In this document: piece after piece, positions 48,538-57,738 of the stretch
Position numbering within the stretch: position 1 is the stretch's first letter
Layout of the letters: each line of letters begins with the position of its first letter
NCBI GenBank assembly: GCA_963770565.1
Contig: CAVYQE010000002.1
Location: forward strand, 96,001 to 160,000
From: an uncultured Actinomycetota bacterium
Lineage (GTDB): Bacteria > Actinomycetota > Actinomycetes > JAFAQI01
Reading direction: 5' to 3'
Length of the DNA stretch: 64,000 bases
Made by a program: the position numbers and the translations under genes
The notes under the pieces: generated by a model
Databases searched by the model: none
What the model was told of the DNA's origin: nothing
What the model saw: the letters and a program-made list of their open reading frames with translations, nothing else

Positions 48538-48981
48538 TTACGTCGTTGGTGTTGGCAACTGTCGGCCGGAGATCTGTTGGGCCTCAATCTTGACGTAGTG
48601 CGGCAACTCGCTACCGACCCAGCTGTGCATGCTTAGCCGGTCAAGCACGGCGACCTCGTTTGAGTCAGTGACCACGCGGGACGGCCCGACGACGAGGACA
48701 CTCCAACCACGGCGCTGGGCCGGGTCGAGATCGTCAATCTCGAATGCCACGACGGTGCCGTTCAACGCGGCGCTGAGTTTGGTGCCAGGCGCGGTACGGA
48801 ACGTGATCGCGTTGCCCACCAACTGGTAGTTCACCGGAAACGCTGCTGGCAGTGCATCGACGGACAGCACTACCCGCCCAACCGTAGCTAAGGCGAGCAG
48901 TCGACGGCAGTCGGACTCACCGAGTACCAACAGATCAGCAGAGGACAGCACCACCTCATCCAAGGTCATAGTCGGCTGCAC
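48538..48981 (-). CDS. Pyridoxamine 5'-phosphate oxidase-like flavin-binding protein (Rv0080/NimA-like)
   Basis: ECRRLL-type start (DCRRLLA), VGRV, PAAFPVNY, FRTAPGTKL, VAFEID, GWSVLVVG. Confidence 0.88.
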   Translation of the reverse strand: MQPTMTLDEVVLSSADLLVLGESDCRRLLALATVGRVVLSVDALPAAFPVNYQLVGNAITFRTAPGTKLSAALNGTVVAFEIDDLDPAQRRGWSVLVVGPSRVVTDSNEVAVLDRLSMHSWVGSELPHYVKIEAQQISGRQLPTPTT

Positions 48982-48984
48982 GAC

Positions 48985-49002
48985 CAGGGGCGTTAGACCC
49001 TG
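48985..49002. promoter_or_regulatory. Possible DosR/DevR-type box
   Basis: CAGGGGCGTTAGACCCTG; reverse strand GGGTC-TAAC-GCCCC is one mismatch from GGGAC-N4-GNCCC. Confidence 0.35.
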
Positions 49003-49650
49003 CGGCAGTGCCGAGCCCCGACAGCATCAACCAACAGGCGGTAGCCCGGACGGCGCAGCCATCGCTCGCGATCGGCGCTCGGCGCGGCCGCACCGGCACC
49101 GATACTGGTGATATCGACCATTGCGGTCCAAGAGAACACGAGGGCACACATGATGCCGGGCCGAATGGTCACCGTAACCTGCCCGGCATGCCAGACCACG
49201 ACGACCGTGCGATCACGTCGAGGATTCAGCAACTTCGACGACACGCACCAGGTCAGCTGTCAGACCCGGATCGAACCGACCGAGCCCGATCTTGATGTGC
49301 TCCTCGACCTCCCACCCGATGACCATCCCAACCCGGAGCCCGGCCACGACTCGACTCGCGCCGCGAAGAGCGAGCCAGGCGTCCGTCACCCGGGTCGGGA
49401 GGGGCGATTCAGTGAACCGGTTCTGTAGTGGCAACAGATTCAACGACCGGATGGGCGCGCGCTATTGCCACGCGTGCGTTCATCCGGCATTAACCGGACG
49501 GCGTCCTGCCCGCTTGGCAGCATCGTGCTCGACCTCATCGACGGTGTCACGGTCGTGGGTCAGATCGACCCCATGACCCAGGCCGAAAACCTCCAGTGGC
49601 AGTGATTCTCCGATACTTGGAATAATTGAAGATTAGGCTACGATCACGCA

Positions 49651-49986
49651 GTGCCACACAACGCGCGACCAGTGCATGAGGCGAAGGCGAGCCTGTTCCG
49701 GGTGCTAGGCCATCCCGCCCGGATCCGGATCTTGGAGCTGCTTGGTGAGGGTGAGCGATCCGTGGGGGCGTTGCAGGCGGATCTCGGTTTGGATTCCGGT
49801 GGGACGTCGCAGCATTTGGCGGCGTTGCGGCGGGTCGGGGTGGTGCAGTCGCGCCGCGAGGGGACGACCGTGTTCTACCGGGTCGATGACAAGCGGGTGT
49901 TTGATCTGCTCGCTACCGGCCGCGACATCATCACCCGGCGACTCGGTGAGCAGCAGTCGCTGCTGAAGGACCTCGCCAAGTCGTGA
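49651..49986 (+). CDS. ArsR/SmtB regulator, Rv0081-like
   Basis: KASLFRVLGHPARIRILELL..GERSVG...SQHLAALRRVGVV.SRREG; first gene of the hyf/ehr operon. Confidence 0.9.
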   Translation: MPHNARPVHEAKASLFRVLGHPARIRILELLGEGERSVGALQADLGLDSGGTSQHLAALRRVGVVQSRREGTTVFYRVDDKRVFDLLATGRDIITRRLGEQQSLLKDLAKS

Positions 49987-51932
49987 TTGCCGCGCTGTAT
50001 CTCGTCGCCGTCTTCGTGGTCGTGTTTGGTGGGCTGCTGACGCTCGCGCCGGTTCAGTGGCGCCTGGGTCTGGGGGTGCAGGCTGCGGGTGCGGCACTGC
50101 TGGTGGTGGCAGGGCTCGCGACGCTGGTGACCGGGCACACCGTGGGCGCACCGTTCGCGAGCGAGCTTGCGCCGCGTCTGGGTGTCGATCGGCTCTCAGG
50201 TTTGTTCGTTGCCACGCTCGGGTTGGTTGCTGCACCGGTGGCCGTGTATTCGGCGCGTTATCTGGATGGTTCGCCTCGCGATCGTCTTGTGGGGGCTCTG
50301 ACCGGTGGATTCGTGCTGGCGATGGCGGGGGTGCTGTGTGCCCGTGACCCGGTCACGTTGCTCGGCGGCTGGGAGCTGATGACGTTGCTGCCGGCAGTCA
50401 TCATCCTGATCGCTCGCTCGGCGGATCCACACTCACGGCGGACGGTGTTCACCTATCTGGCGATCACTCACCTGGGTGGGGTGGGGACCTGGGTCGCGGT
50501 GCTGCTGCTGGCGGATGCGGGTGCGCTCGGTGGGTCGGGTGTGATCGCGCCGGGCTCGGCGTTGCAGATCGGGATCGCGCTGGCCGCGCTGGTCGGGATG
50601 GGCACGAAGGCGGGTGTCGTGCCGTTGCATGCCTGGCTGCCGCGGGCACATCCGATCGCGCCTGCGCCTGTGTCGGCGTTGATGAGCGGTGTGATGATCA
50701 AGGTCGCGATCTACGCGATGATCCGGGTGTTCATCGACTGGCTCGGGGTGCTCCCGCTGTGGTTCGGGGTCCTGGTCCTCGGTGTCGGCGCGGTGTCCGC
50801 TCTCGGTGGGGTCACCTACGCGCTGTTCAGTCATGAGCTCAAGCGGCTGCTCGCGCTGCATTCGATCGAGAACGTCGGCATCATCGTGCTCGGGCTCGGC
50901 GCCTGTCTGGTGCTGCGAGCCCGGGGGGAGGACACCTGGGCGGCGCTGGCGCTGGCGGCGGCACTGCTGCACACCGTGAACCACGCAGTGTTCAAGGCGT
51001 TGTTGTTCCTCGGCGCCGGATCGATCGAGCGCGCGACGGGATCACTCGAGCTCGACCGCCTCGGTGGGCTGCTACGCCGGATGCCGTGGACCGGGGGCGC
51101 GTTCTTCGTCGGGGCGATGGCGATCAGCGGGCTCCCGCCGTTCAACGGGTTCGCCTCGGAGTGGCTGACACTGCAAGCGCTGCTGCACGTCCCGATGTCC
51201 GGTCATGCCGACGACGGCGTGGCCGGCGCCCTCGCGCTTGCCGCGCTCGGCGGGACCGCCGCCCTGGCGGTGTTCTGCTTCGTAAAGGTGGTCGGGCTGG
51301 TCCTGCTGGGTCCGCCGCGACGCGCCGCGGCCCGCGACGCGCACGAGGTCGCGGTCTCGATGCGGGCAGCGATGGTGGGTCTGGCGGCGGCATGTGTGGT
51401 GCTCGGCGTCGTGCCGGGTCTACTGGTGAGCCGGCTGGTCGCGGTCGCTCCGTGGCCCGTGCATCTCGTGGGTCATCCCGGCCTGTCCGTGCCGGGCACA
51501 GGATCGTTGCCAACCGTGGCCATCGCCGTCGTCCTGGTTGCGGTCACCGCCGGGCTCATTGGCTTACGTGGCCGGCGAGTGGCTGCGCCCGCCGCGACCT
51601 GGGTGTGCGGGCAGCCGGTGGTCGCGCAGCTGAACTGGTCGAGCGCGGGGTTCAGCAAACCGCTGCGGCTGGTGCTGGAGTCCGTGCTGCGCCCGCGCCG
51701 GGAGATTGAGGTACTCACCTCGTCCGCCGGCATCGTCACCGGCGTCTCGTATCACGGTGAGGTACCGAACCTGATCGACGAGCGGGTATACGGGCCGGTG
51801 GCCCGATGGTCACTGACTGGCGCAGCGTACGCGCGCCGGCTGCAGAGCGGAACCCTCGGGACCTACGTGGCGTACCTGATCGGCCTGGTCGTCGCGGTGC
51901 TGGTCGCCGGGCGGATCGGCTGGCTGGGATGA
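49983..51932 (+). CDS. hyfB: HyfB/HycC-like antiporter-type membrane subunit
   Basis: WELMTL, KAGVVPLHAWLPRAHPIAPAPVSALMSGVMIK, KRLLALHSIEN, GLPPFNGFASEW. Confidence 0.88.
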   Translation: MIAALYLVAVFVVVFGGLLTLAPVQWRLGLGVQAAGAALLVVAGLATLVTGHTVGAPFASELAPRLGVDRLSGLFVATLGLVAAPVAVYSARYLDGSPRDRLVGALTGGFVLAMAGVLCARDPVTLLGGWELMTLLPAVIILIARSADPHSRRTVFTYLAITHLGGVGTWVAVLLLADAGALGGSGVIAPGSALQIGIALAALVGMGTKAGVVPLHAWLPRAHPIAPAPVSALMSGVMIKVAIYAMIRVFIDWLGVLPLWFGVLVLGVGAVSALGGVTYALFSHELKRLLALHSIENVGIIVLGLGACLVLRARGEDTWAALALAAALLHTVNHAVFKALLFLGAGSIERATGSLELDRLGGLLRRMPWTGGAFFVGAMAISGLPPFNGFASEWLTLQALLHVPMSGHADDGVAGALALAALGGTAALAVFCFVKVVGLVLLGPPRRAAARDAHEVAVSMRAAMVGLAAACVVLGVVPGLLVSRLVAVAPWPVHLVGHPGLSVPGTGSLPTVAIAVVLVAVTAGLIGLRGRRVAAPAATWVCGQPVVAQLNWSSAGFSKPLRLVLESVLRPRREIEVLTSSAGIVTGVSYHGEVPNLIDERVYGPVARWSLTGAAYARRLQSGTLGTYVAYLIGLVVAVLVAGRIGWLG

Positions 51933-52853
51933 CCGCGGCGAACGTCGCGAGCGGCGCGGTCGAGCTTCTCGGCGGCATCGCGGTTGCGCCGCTGCTGCCG
52001 GGTCTTGATCCAGCACTGGAAGGCGAGGCTGCAGGGCCGGCGCGGACCCTCGCCGGTTCAGCCCTACCGGGAGCTACGACGGCTCTGGCGCAAGAGCGTC
52101 GTCGACGTCGCGGGCACCACCGCGGTCTACCGGCTGGTACCGGCCGTCGTCGCGGCCAGCTGTCTCGCCGCAATCGCGGTGGTGCCGGTCACTGCGGCCG
52201 CTCCAGACCTCGGTCTCGGTCATGACCTGATCACGGTCGTTGGCCTGCTGGCGTTGGCCCGGTTCGCTGCCGCGGCCGGCACCTGGGACGCCTCGAACGG
52301 GTTCGCATTGATGGGAGCGAGCCGTGACCTCACGCTGTCGGTGTTCGTCGAGGCGGCGTTGCTGCTGGCGCTCGCGGTCGTCGCCGTACTGGCCAGGACC
52401 ACGAACCTGGTGGGGATGGTCGCGGCCAGCGCTGGTGGCGGGGTGTGGTCGAGCCCGGCCCTGCCGCTCGGCGCGGTCGCGTTCGCGATCGTGGTCGTCG
52501 CCGAGACCGGCCGGCAGCCCTTCGACAACCCCGACACCCATCTCGAGCTGACCATGATCCATGAAGGCCCGCTGCTGGAGTACGCGGGCCGTGACCTCGC
52601 CTATCTGCAGTGGTCAGCCGCCGTGCGGCACTGGCTGGTTCTGGTGCTCGCCGCACAGCTGTTCGTGCCGCATCCGAGGAACGTCTGGTGGCAGCTCGGG
52701 TTGCTGCCGGTCGTGCTCGTGGTGCTGTGCGGCGCGCTGGCGCTGGTCGAGACGGTACAGGTGAAGATGCGGATCTTGGCCGCCCCGCGGCTACTCGCGG
52801 TCGCCGCGGTGGCTGCAGTTCTCGGTGTGGCCGGTCAGGCCGGTGGCTGGTGA
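51929..52853 (+). CDS. hycD: HyfC/HycD (NuoH-like) membrane subunit with one frameshift near 52004
   Basis: ATG 51929 gives MTAANVA...APLLPG; the +1 frame continues LIQHWKARLQGRRGP, ETGRQPFDNPDTHLELTMIHE. Confidence 0.8.
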
Positions 52854-53461
52854 CTGGCGCTGCGGGGTGGCTGCTCGTCGCGCTCGGGCTCGGCGTGGTC
52901 GTGGTACGCCGACGGTCGGTCGCGGTCGGATTGGTCACGGTGCAGGCGCTGGTGGTCGCTGTGACTGCGCTGGTCGACTCCGCTTCGACGAGTGAGGTGG
53001 TCGCCGGGCTGACCCTCGCCGTGCGGGCGGTCGCGCTCGGCGTGCTGTTCCTGCTCGCGGTCTCCCGCAGCCGGGAAGCTCAACCGGTGCGCGCCCGGGT
53101 GCCACCCACGGTCCGGGTGGGCATCGCCGTGGTGCTCATGCTGGTGCTGACCGAGTTGGTGCCGGCGTACGGGCTCACCTCACGCTCGGCCGAGCGATCG
53201 GTGCTCGCGCTGGTCGCAGCGGGTCTGGTGTGCGCCGCGACCAGGCGGGCCACGCTGTTCCAGGTACTCGGGATCGTGGTGGTTGACAACGGGTTGGCGC
53301 TGGCCGCCGTCACCTCGCCGCACACCTCGTCGCTGGTAATCGAGCTCGGGGTGACCCTCGACCTCACCCTGATCGTCTGTGTCGCCGCCCTGTTCCACCT
53401 CCGGATCTTCACCGAGTTCGGCGCCGGCGACAGCGCAGCAATGCGGAGACTGCGTGACTAG
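52850..53461 (+). CDS. hyfE: HyfE-like membrane subunit
   Basis: Multi-TM; QVLGIVVVDNG, IELGVTLD; GTGA coupling with the upstream gene. Confidence 0.8.
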   Translation: MTGAAGWLLVALGLGVVVVRRRSVAVGLVTVQALVVAVTALVDSASTSEVVAGLTLAVRAVALGVLFLLAVSRSREAQPVRARVPPTVRVGIAVVLMLVLTELVPAYGLTSRSAERSVLALVAAGLVCAATRRATLFQVLGIVVVDNGLALAAVTSPHTSSLVIELGVTLDLTLIVCVAALFHLRIFTEFGAGDSAAMRRLRD

Positions 53462-54917
53462 CACCCAAACGCTGGCCGTGACGGTTGTGGCAGTCCCGCT
53501 CGCCACGGCGGCGCTCGTCGGGCTGGTCCCAGTGAGTCGGCTCCGCATGGTCGCGCGGGTCGGCGCGGTCGCGACCTCGATCCTCGCGCTGACCCTGGCC
53601 GGTCTCGCCGGGCACGCCGCCGCCCGTCCGGTCACCGGGCGGTGGATCGTCATCGACGCCGCCGGTGCACTTCTCCTCGCCGTAGTGGCTGTCGTCGGTC
53701 TAGCGAGCGTGCTGACCTCGTCGTCCTACCTGAGCAGCGCGGGTGGGTCGTTGGTCGCCGAGCACCGTCGCGACCGGGTGTACTACCTGGTCTTGCTGGT
53801 GTTCTGGGCGATCCTGCTGGCGGTGCCACTGGCCGGCAACCTCGGAGCGGCGTGGCTGCTGATCGAGGCAACCACCGCCGCGTCAGCGATGCTGGTCGGG
53901 TTCAGCGGGAAGGCTCACGCGCTTGAGGCGGGCTGGAAATACCTGATCCTCACCTCGCTCGGGCTCGGTGTCGCGCTGCTCGGGATCGCGATCCTCGCCG
54001 CCGGCGACCATAGCGGTGGGATCGACGGGCTGGCCTGGGCCCGGCTCGCGACGGTCGGGTCCGGGCGTTCGGTGATCCTGACGGCCTACCTGCTGGTGAT
54101 GGTCGGACTGGCCACCAAGATCGGATGGGCACCGGTGCACAACTGGCTGCCCGACGCCCACTCCGAGGCGCCACCACCAGTCTCCGCGCTGCTGTCCGCC
54201 GCTCTGCTCCCGACCGTCCTGCTGGTTGCCTGGCGAACCGAGCACGCGTTGGCACCGGTACTCGGAATCCATGCCGCGCAACGGGTCCTGATCGGGTTCG
54301 GGCTGGTCTCGCTTGCGGTCGCGGTGCCGTTCCTGTGGCGGCCGATGCCGTTCAAGCGGCTGCTCGCCTACTCCAGCCTGGAACACCTCGGGGTCATGGC
54401 GCTCGGGATCGGGTTCGGCACCCCGCTCGCGCTGACCGGGGTCGCCGTACACATCGCCGGTCACGCGGTCGCCAAATCGCTCGGCTTCTACGCCGCCACC
54501 CCGCTGCTCAGCCACGAGCCCCGCGCCGCCCGGCACGCCGTCAGCGGGATCGGACGCACCTCGCCCGCGCTCGGCGCCACCATCGGCATCTCTCTCGGGG
54601 CGCTGTCCGGGCTACCGCCCTCACCGCTGTTCGTCAGCGAGGTGCTGATCCTCGCCGGCGGAGTCGCCTCCGGCCGGCCGTGGCCCGCCGCCATCGCCGC
54701 AGTGCTGCTTGCGCTGGGGTTCCTCGGACTCGCGCACGCCGGCATCGACACCGTCGCCGGCCGCCCACACCGCCGGCGGCACCGCGCGCCGACCGGCCTG
54801 CGCGCGGTCACCGTCCTCGCCGGCGCATCGCTTGTCCTGCTGGCCGGGCTCGCCGCGGCGGCACCCTGGCTGTCCGGCGGTAGCTTCGTCGCCGCTCTCG
54901 TCCGGGGCGTGCCATGA
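53454..54917 (+). CDS. hyfF: HyfF-like antiporter-type membrane subunit
   Basis: IEATT, LEAGWKY, TKIGWAPVHNWLPDAHSEAPPPVSALLS, KRLLAYSSLEH. Confidence 0.88.
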   Translation: MTSTQTLAVTVVAVPLATAALVGLVPVSRLRMVARVGAVATSILALTLAGLAGHAAARPVTGRWIVIDAAGALLLAVVAVVGLASVLTSSSYLSSAGGSLVAEHRRDRVYYLVLLVFWAILLAVPLAGNLGAAWLLIEATTAASAMLVGFSGKAHALEAGWKYLILTSLGLGVALLGIAILAAGDHSGGIDGLAWARLATVGSGRSVILTAYLLVMVGLATKIGWAPVHNWLPDAHSEAPPPVSALLSAALLPTVLLVAWRTEHALAPVLGIHAAQRVLIGFGLVSLAVAVPFLWRPMPFKRLLAYSSLEHLGVMALGIGFGTPLALTGVAVHIAGHAVAKSLGFYAATPLLSHEPRAARHAVSGIGRTSPALGATIGISLGALSGLPPSPLFVSEVLILAGGVASGRPWPAAIAAVLLALGFLGLAHAGIDTVAGRPHRRRHRAPTGLRAVTVLAGASLVLLAGLAAAAPWLSGGSFVAALVRGVP

Positions 54918-56323
54918 CAGCCGCCCCGCTTACTGGCGCCGAGTACCGCGCCGAGGTCGAGACCGCCCTCGACGACGGATGGCGGCCCCGGAGCCTGTAC
55001 GCGACCGAAGGCGGACGGCTGATCCGCCTGCTGCTGACCGGGCCCGACGGTCAGACCCGGCTTTCCACCGTCGAGGTCGACCCTGACCGGGGTGTCCCGT
55101 CAATCGTCGACCTGGCGCCGGCGATGGGCTGGGACGAACGGGAAGCCCATGACCTCTACCGGGTGCAGTTCGCCGGTCATGAACCGATCCGGCCGTTGGT
55201 CGACCACACTGCGGCGCTGGACGCATGGACTGTGCCGGTCCGTGGGCGTGACCCCTATCAGGTTGCGGTCGGCCCCATCCACGCCGGGGTGATCGAGTCC
55301 GGGCACTTCCGGTTCCATGTCGTCGGCGACCGGATCCTGCATCTGGACGCCCAACTGTTCTACAAACACCGCGGCCTCGAACGCGCCGCGGAAGGGCTGA
55401 CCGCAACCGCGGCGCTCCCCGTCGTCGCGCGGGCCTGCGCCGCGTGCACCGTCGCGAACAGCGTCGCGTTCGCCACCGCGACTGAAAACAGCCTCGGACT
55501 TCGAGGCACCGACGAGCTCACCCGGGCACGGACCCTGCTTCTCGAACTGGAGCGAGTATGGAACCACCTCAACGACATCGCCGCGATCTGCGCCGGAACC
55601 GGGATGGCCGCCGGCAACAGCTACTTCCTCGCCCTCACCGAACGCGCCCGGGCACTCAACGCCCGAGTCACCGGCCACCGGTTCCTGTTCGGTGCGGTCC
55701 AGATCGGAGCCAGCGACTTGCATCTCGACCCCGACACCCACCGGATGTGTGCGCAGGAACTGGACGCGATGCGTGTCGCCGCGGACGCCGGCTGGCGTGA
55801 CCTTGAGTTCAATACTTCCTTCCAGGACCGGCTCGACAAGATCGGGATCATTGATGCGGCCAGCGCGCACCGGCTCGGCGTGGTCGGCCCAGCCGCCCGC
55901 GCCGCCGGCGTCGCCGACGACGCCCGGGCCACCTCCACGTACCCCGCCTATGCCGACCTGGTCCCGGTCACCGCAGCGATCGCGACCGGTGACGTGAATG
56001 CCCGGGCCACCCAGCGGATCCTCGAGCTCCGACAATCATTCGACCTGATCACGGCGGTGCTCACACACGGACCGATCACCCCCAGCATCGCCGCCAACGA
56101 CAACGGCCCCACTCCGATCGGAGCCGGAATGACCGAAAGCCCACGCGGCGCCACCAGCTGCATCTGCGAATACACCAACCACAAACTGCAGCGAGTGCAC
56201 CTACGGACCGGCTCCTACGCCAACTGGCCGGCCGTTGCGCACGCCGCCACCGGCAACCTGCTCCCCGACTTCCCGCTGATCAACAAGAGCTTCGAGCTCT
56301 GCTACGCCTGTGCGGACCGCTGA
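54914..56323 (+). CDS. hycE: HycE/HyfG-like (NuoC-D fused) large subunit with both CxxC motifs
   Basis: WDEREAHDL, GPIHAGVIESGHFRF, HRGLE, RACAAC, ELERVWNHL, ESPRG, SYANW, DFPLINKSFELCYACADR*. Confidence 0.88.
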   Translation: MTAAPLTGAEYRAEVETALDDGWRPRSLYATEGGRLIRLLLTGPDGQTRLSTVEVDPDRGVPSIVDLAPAMGWDEREAHDLYRVQFAGHEPIRPLVDHTAALDAWTVPVRGRDPYQVAVGPIHAGVIESGHFRFHVVGDRILHLDAQLFYKHRGLERAAEGLTATAALPVVARACAACTVANSVAFATATENSLGLRGTDELTRARTLLLELERVWNHLNDIAAICAGTGMAAGNSYFLALTERARALNARVTGHRFLFGAVQIGASDLHLDPDTHRMCAQELDAMRVAADAGWRDLEFNTSFQDRLDKIGIIDAASAHRLGVVGPAARAAGVADDARATSTYPAYADLVPVTAAIATGDVNARATQRILELRQSFDLITAVLTHGPITPSIAANDNGPTPIGAGMTESPRGATSCICEYTNHKLQRVHLRTGSYANWPAVAHAATGNLLPDFPLINKSFELCYACADR

Positions 56324-56796
56324 TGTTCACCCTGCTCCGCGACCTCCGACAGCTTCGACGACACCTCGACCTGCCCCGCCCCGACCGTGGCCGCAGCCTC
56401 GCGATCCGCCACGTCGACGCCGGATCATGCAACGGCTGCGAACACGAACTCTCCCTTACCGCCGGCCCGCACCACGACCTGCAACGCTTCGGCCTCGGGA
56501 TCGTCGCCTCACCCCGACACGCCGACCTCCTGCTCGTCACCGGCACCGTCACCACCCGGATGCACCAAGCGCTACTCACTGCCCACCAAGCAATGCCCGA
56601 ACCACGCCGCGTCGCCGCCCTCGGCAACTGCGCCCTCGGCATCAACGTCTACGCCCAGCCCGGCACCCTCATCGGACCCGTCGCCGACATCCTGCCCGTC
56701 GACCTCACCATCCCCGGTTGCCCACCCACACCCCAGCAGATCGCGGAAGGATTACTCACCCTTCTCGACCGAGACCGCTCGGGTGCCTCCCGCTAA
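56323..56796 (+). CDS. HycG/HyfI (NuoB-like) Fe-S small subunit
   Basis: GSCNGCE, SPRHAD, GNCA, IPGCPP. Confidence 0.9.
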   Translation: MFTLLRDLRQLRRHLDLPRPDRGRSLAIRHVDAGSCNGCEHELSLTAGPHHDLQRFGLGIVASPRHADLLLVTGTVTTRMHQALLTAHQAMPEPRRVAALGNCALGINVYAQPGTLIGPVADILPVDLTIPGCPPTPQQIAEGLLTLLDRDRSGASR

Positions 56797-56840
56797 CCGG
56801 CCGGTGCAGCGATGCGACAGCGAAACGCGCGCGCACGTGG

Positions 56841-57045
56841 TGGGTCATGTGGAACTTGCAGGCAATGGTAGGAATTGATCTTGAAAAAGCAGCCAGGCCA
56901 TGATCGGAATCCAGCGGACCTTTTCCGTTTGTTACCAACGTTTTGCCTGGCACTGGCCGGCATCCACAGGCACCGGGGGGAGGTCCACCTTTTGGGGGCC
57001 CAGTAGGGAACATGACCCTCCAGGTGAAAGGAGCGCTGTCGTGGC
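56841..57045. mobile_element. att-module copy J2: arm A fused to arm B, tRNA core deleted, ends at the integrase start codon
   Basis: 56841-56905 aligns with 59578-59640 and 56906-57045 with 59751-59892, including AAAGGAG and GTGGC. Confidence 0.88.
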
Positions 57046-57081
57046 AGAAACCACTCATCGGGGCCAGCGACCGGGAATGCG

Positions 57082-57738
57082 TCAACCGCGTTCGGCTGGT
57101 GCACGCCTGAAAAGGGGCGGGAGGTAGCGCACCATCAGCGCCGACCAGGTGAGATGTGTGAGCATTGGTGCCTGCACGCCGCCCGATATCCGGCGCTCCC
57201 ACGCAAACAGCGTTCCCATCACCGCAGAGGCAAGCACCAGCGCGGAGTTCTTCGTTGCGGTTGTGGCCAACACGTAGCCCGCGGTGGAGACCACGACCGG
57301 GTTGTATGTCCCTGCGGCGGTGTAGAGCGCGCCGCGGAAGAACAGCTCTTCGGCGGCGCCGTTCGCGAGTGCGGTGAGCATGACGAGCCGGTTTGATCCT
57401 TGGTGGGCGTACTGCAGGATCGACGTGAGCGCCTCGTTGAGGACTGGGGCACGGCGCGCCACGAGCGCACCACCGTAAAAGGCGGCGAAGGCACCGGCCC
57501 CGACGAGGACGGGCACGACCACCGGTCCGAGTCCACCCGAATTCTCGGGCTGAGGATTGAAATGCATTGCTCCCGAGCTCAGCCCGCCGACCGTCCAGAC
57601 CGACGCGACTCCGAGAGTCAGGGCGTAGAACTCCACCGAGTCCGGCTCGGTCGACAACGACAAGCCGAGAAGACCGACACCCGCGACGCCAGCCGCGGCG
57701 ACTCTGCGGCGCGGATGCCGAAGTCCTCCGACGGTCAC
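57082..57738 (-). CDS. CPBP (Abi/CAAX) intramembrane glutamic endopeptidase
   Basis: AEELFFRG and HLTWS motifs; multi-TM. Confidence 0.88.
   Translation of the reverse strand: MTVGGLRHPRRRVAAAGVAGVGLLGLSLSTEPDSVEFYALTLGVASVWTVGGLSSGAMHFNPQPENSGGLGPVVVPVLVGAGAFAAFYGGALVARRAPVLNEALTSILQYAHQGSNRLVMLTALANGAAEELFFRGALYTAAGTYNPVVVSTAGYVLATTATKNSALVLASAVMGTLFAWERRISGGVQAPMLTHLTWSALMVRYLPPLFRRAPAERG

Noticed and set aside
49108-49428. Small Zn-ribbon-like ORF (CPAC...H...C)
   Set aside because: No second CxxC, no clear RBS and several competing frames; not enough support to call.
51990-52020. Programmed frameshift in hycD
   Set aside because: No slippery heptamer or stimulatory structure evident; similar indels are common in this part of the window.
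57082-57738. Abortive-infection defence gene
   Set aside because: The 'Abi' label of CPBP proteases is historical; coupling to a YbjT-like SDR suggests a membrane housekeeping role.
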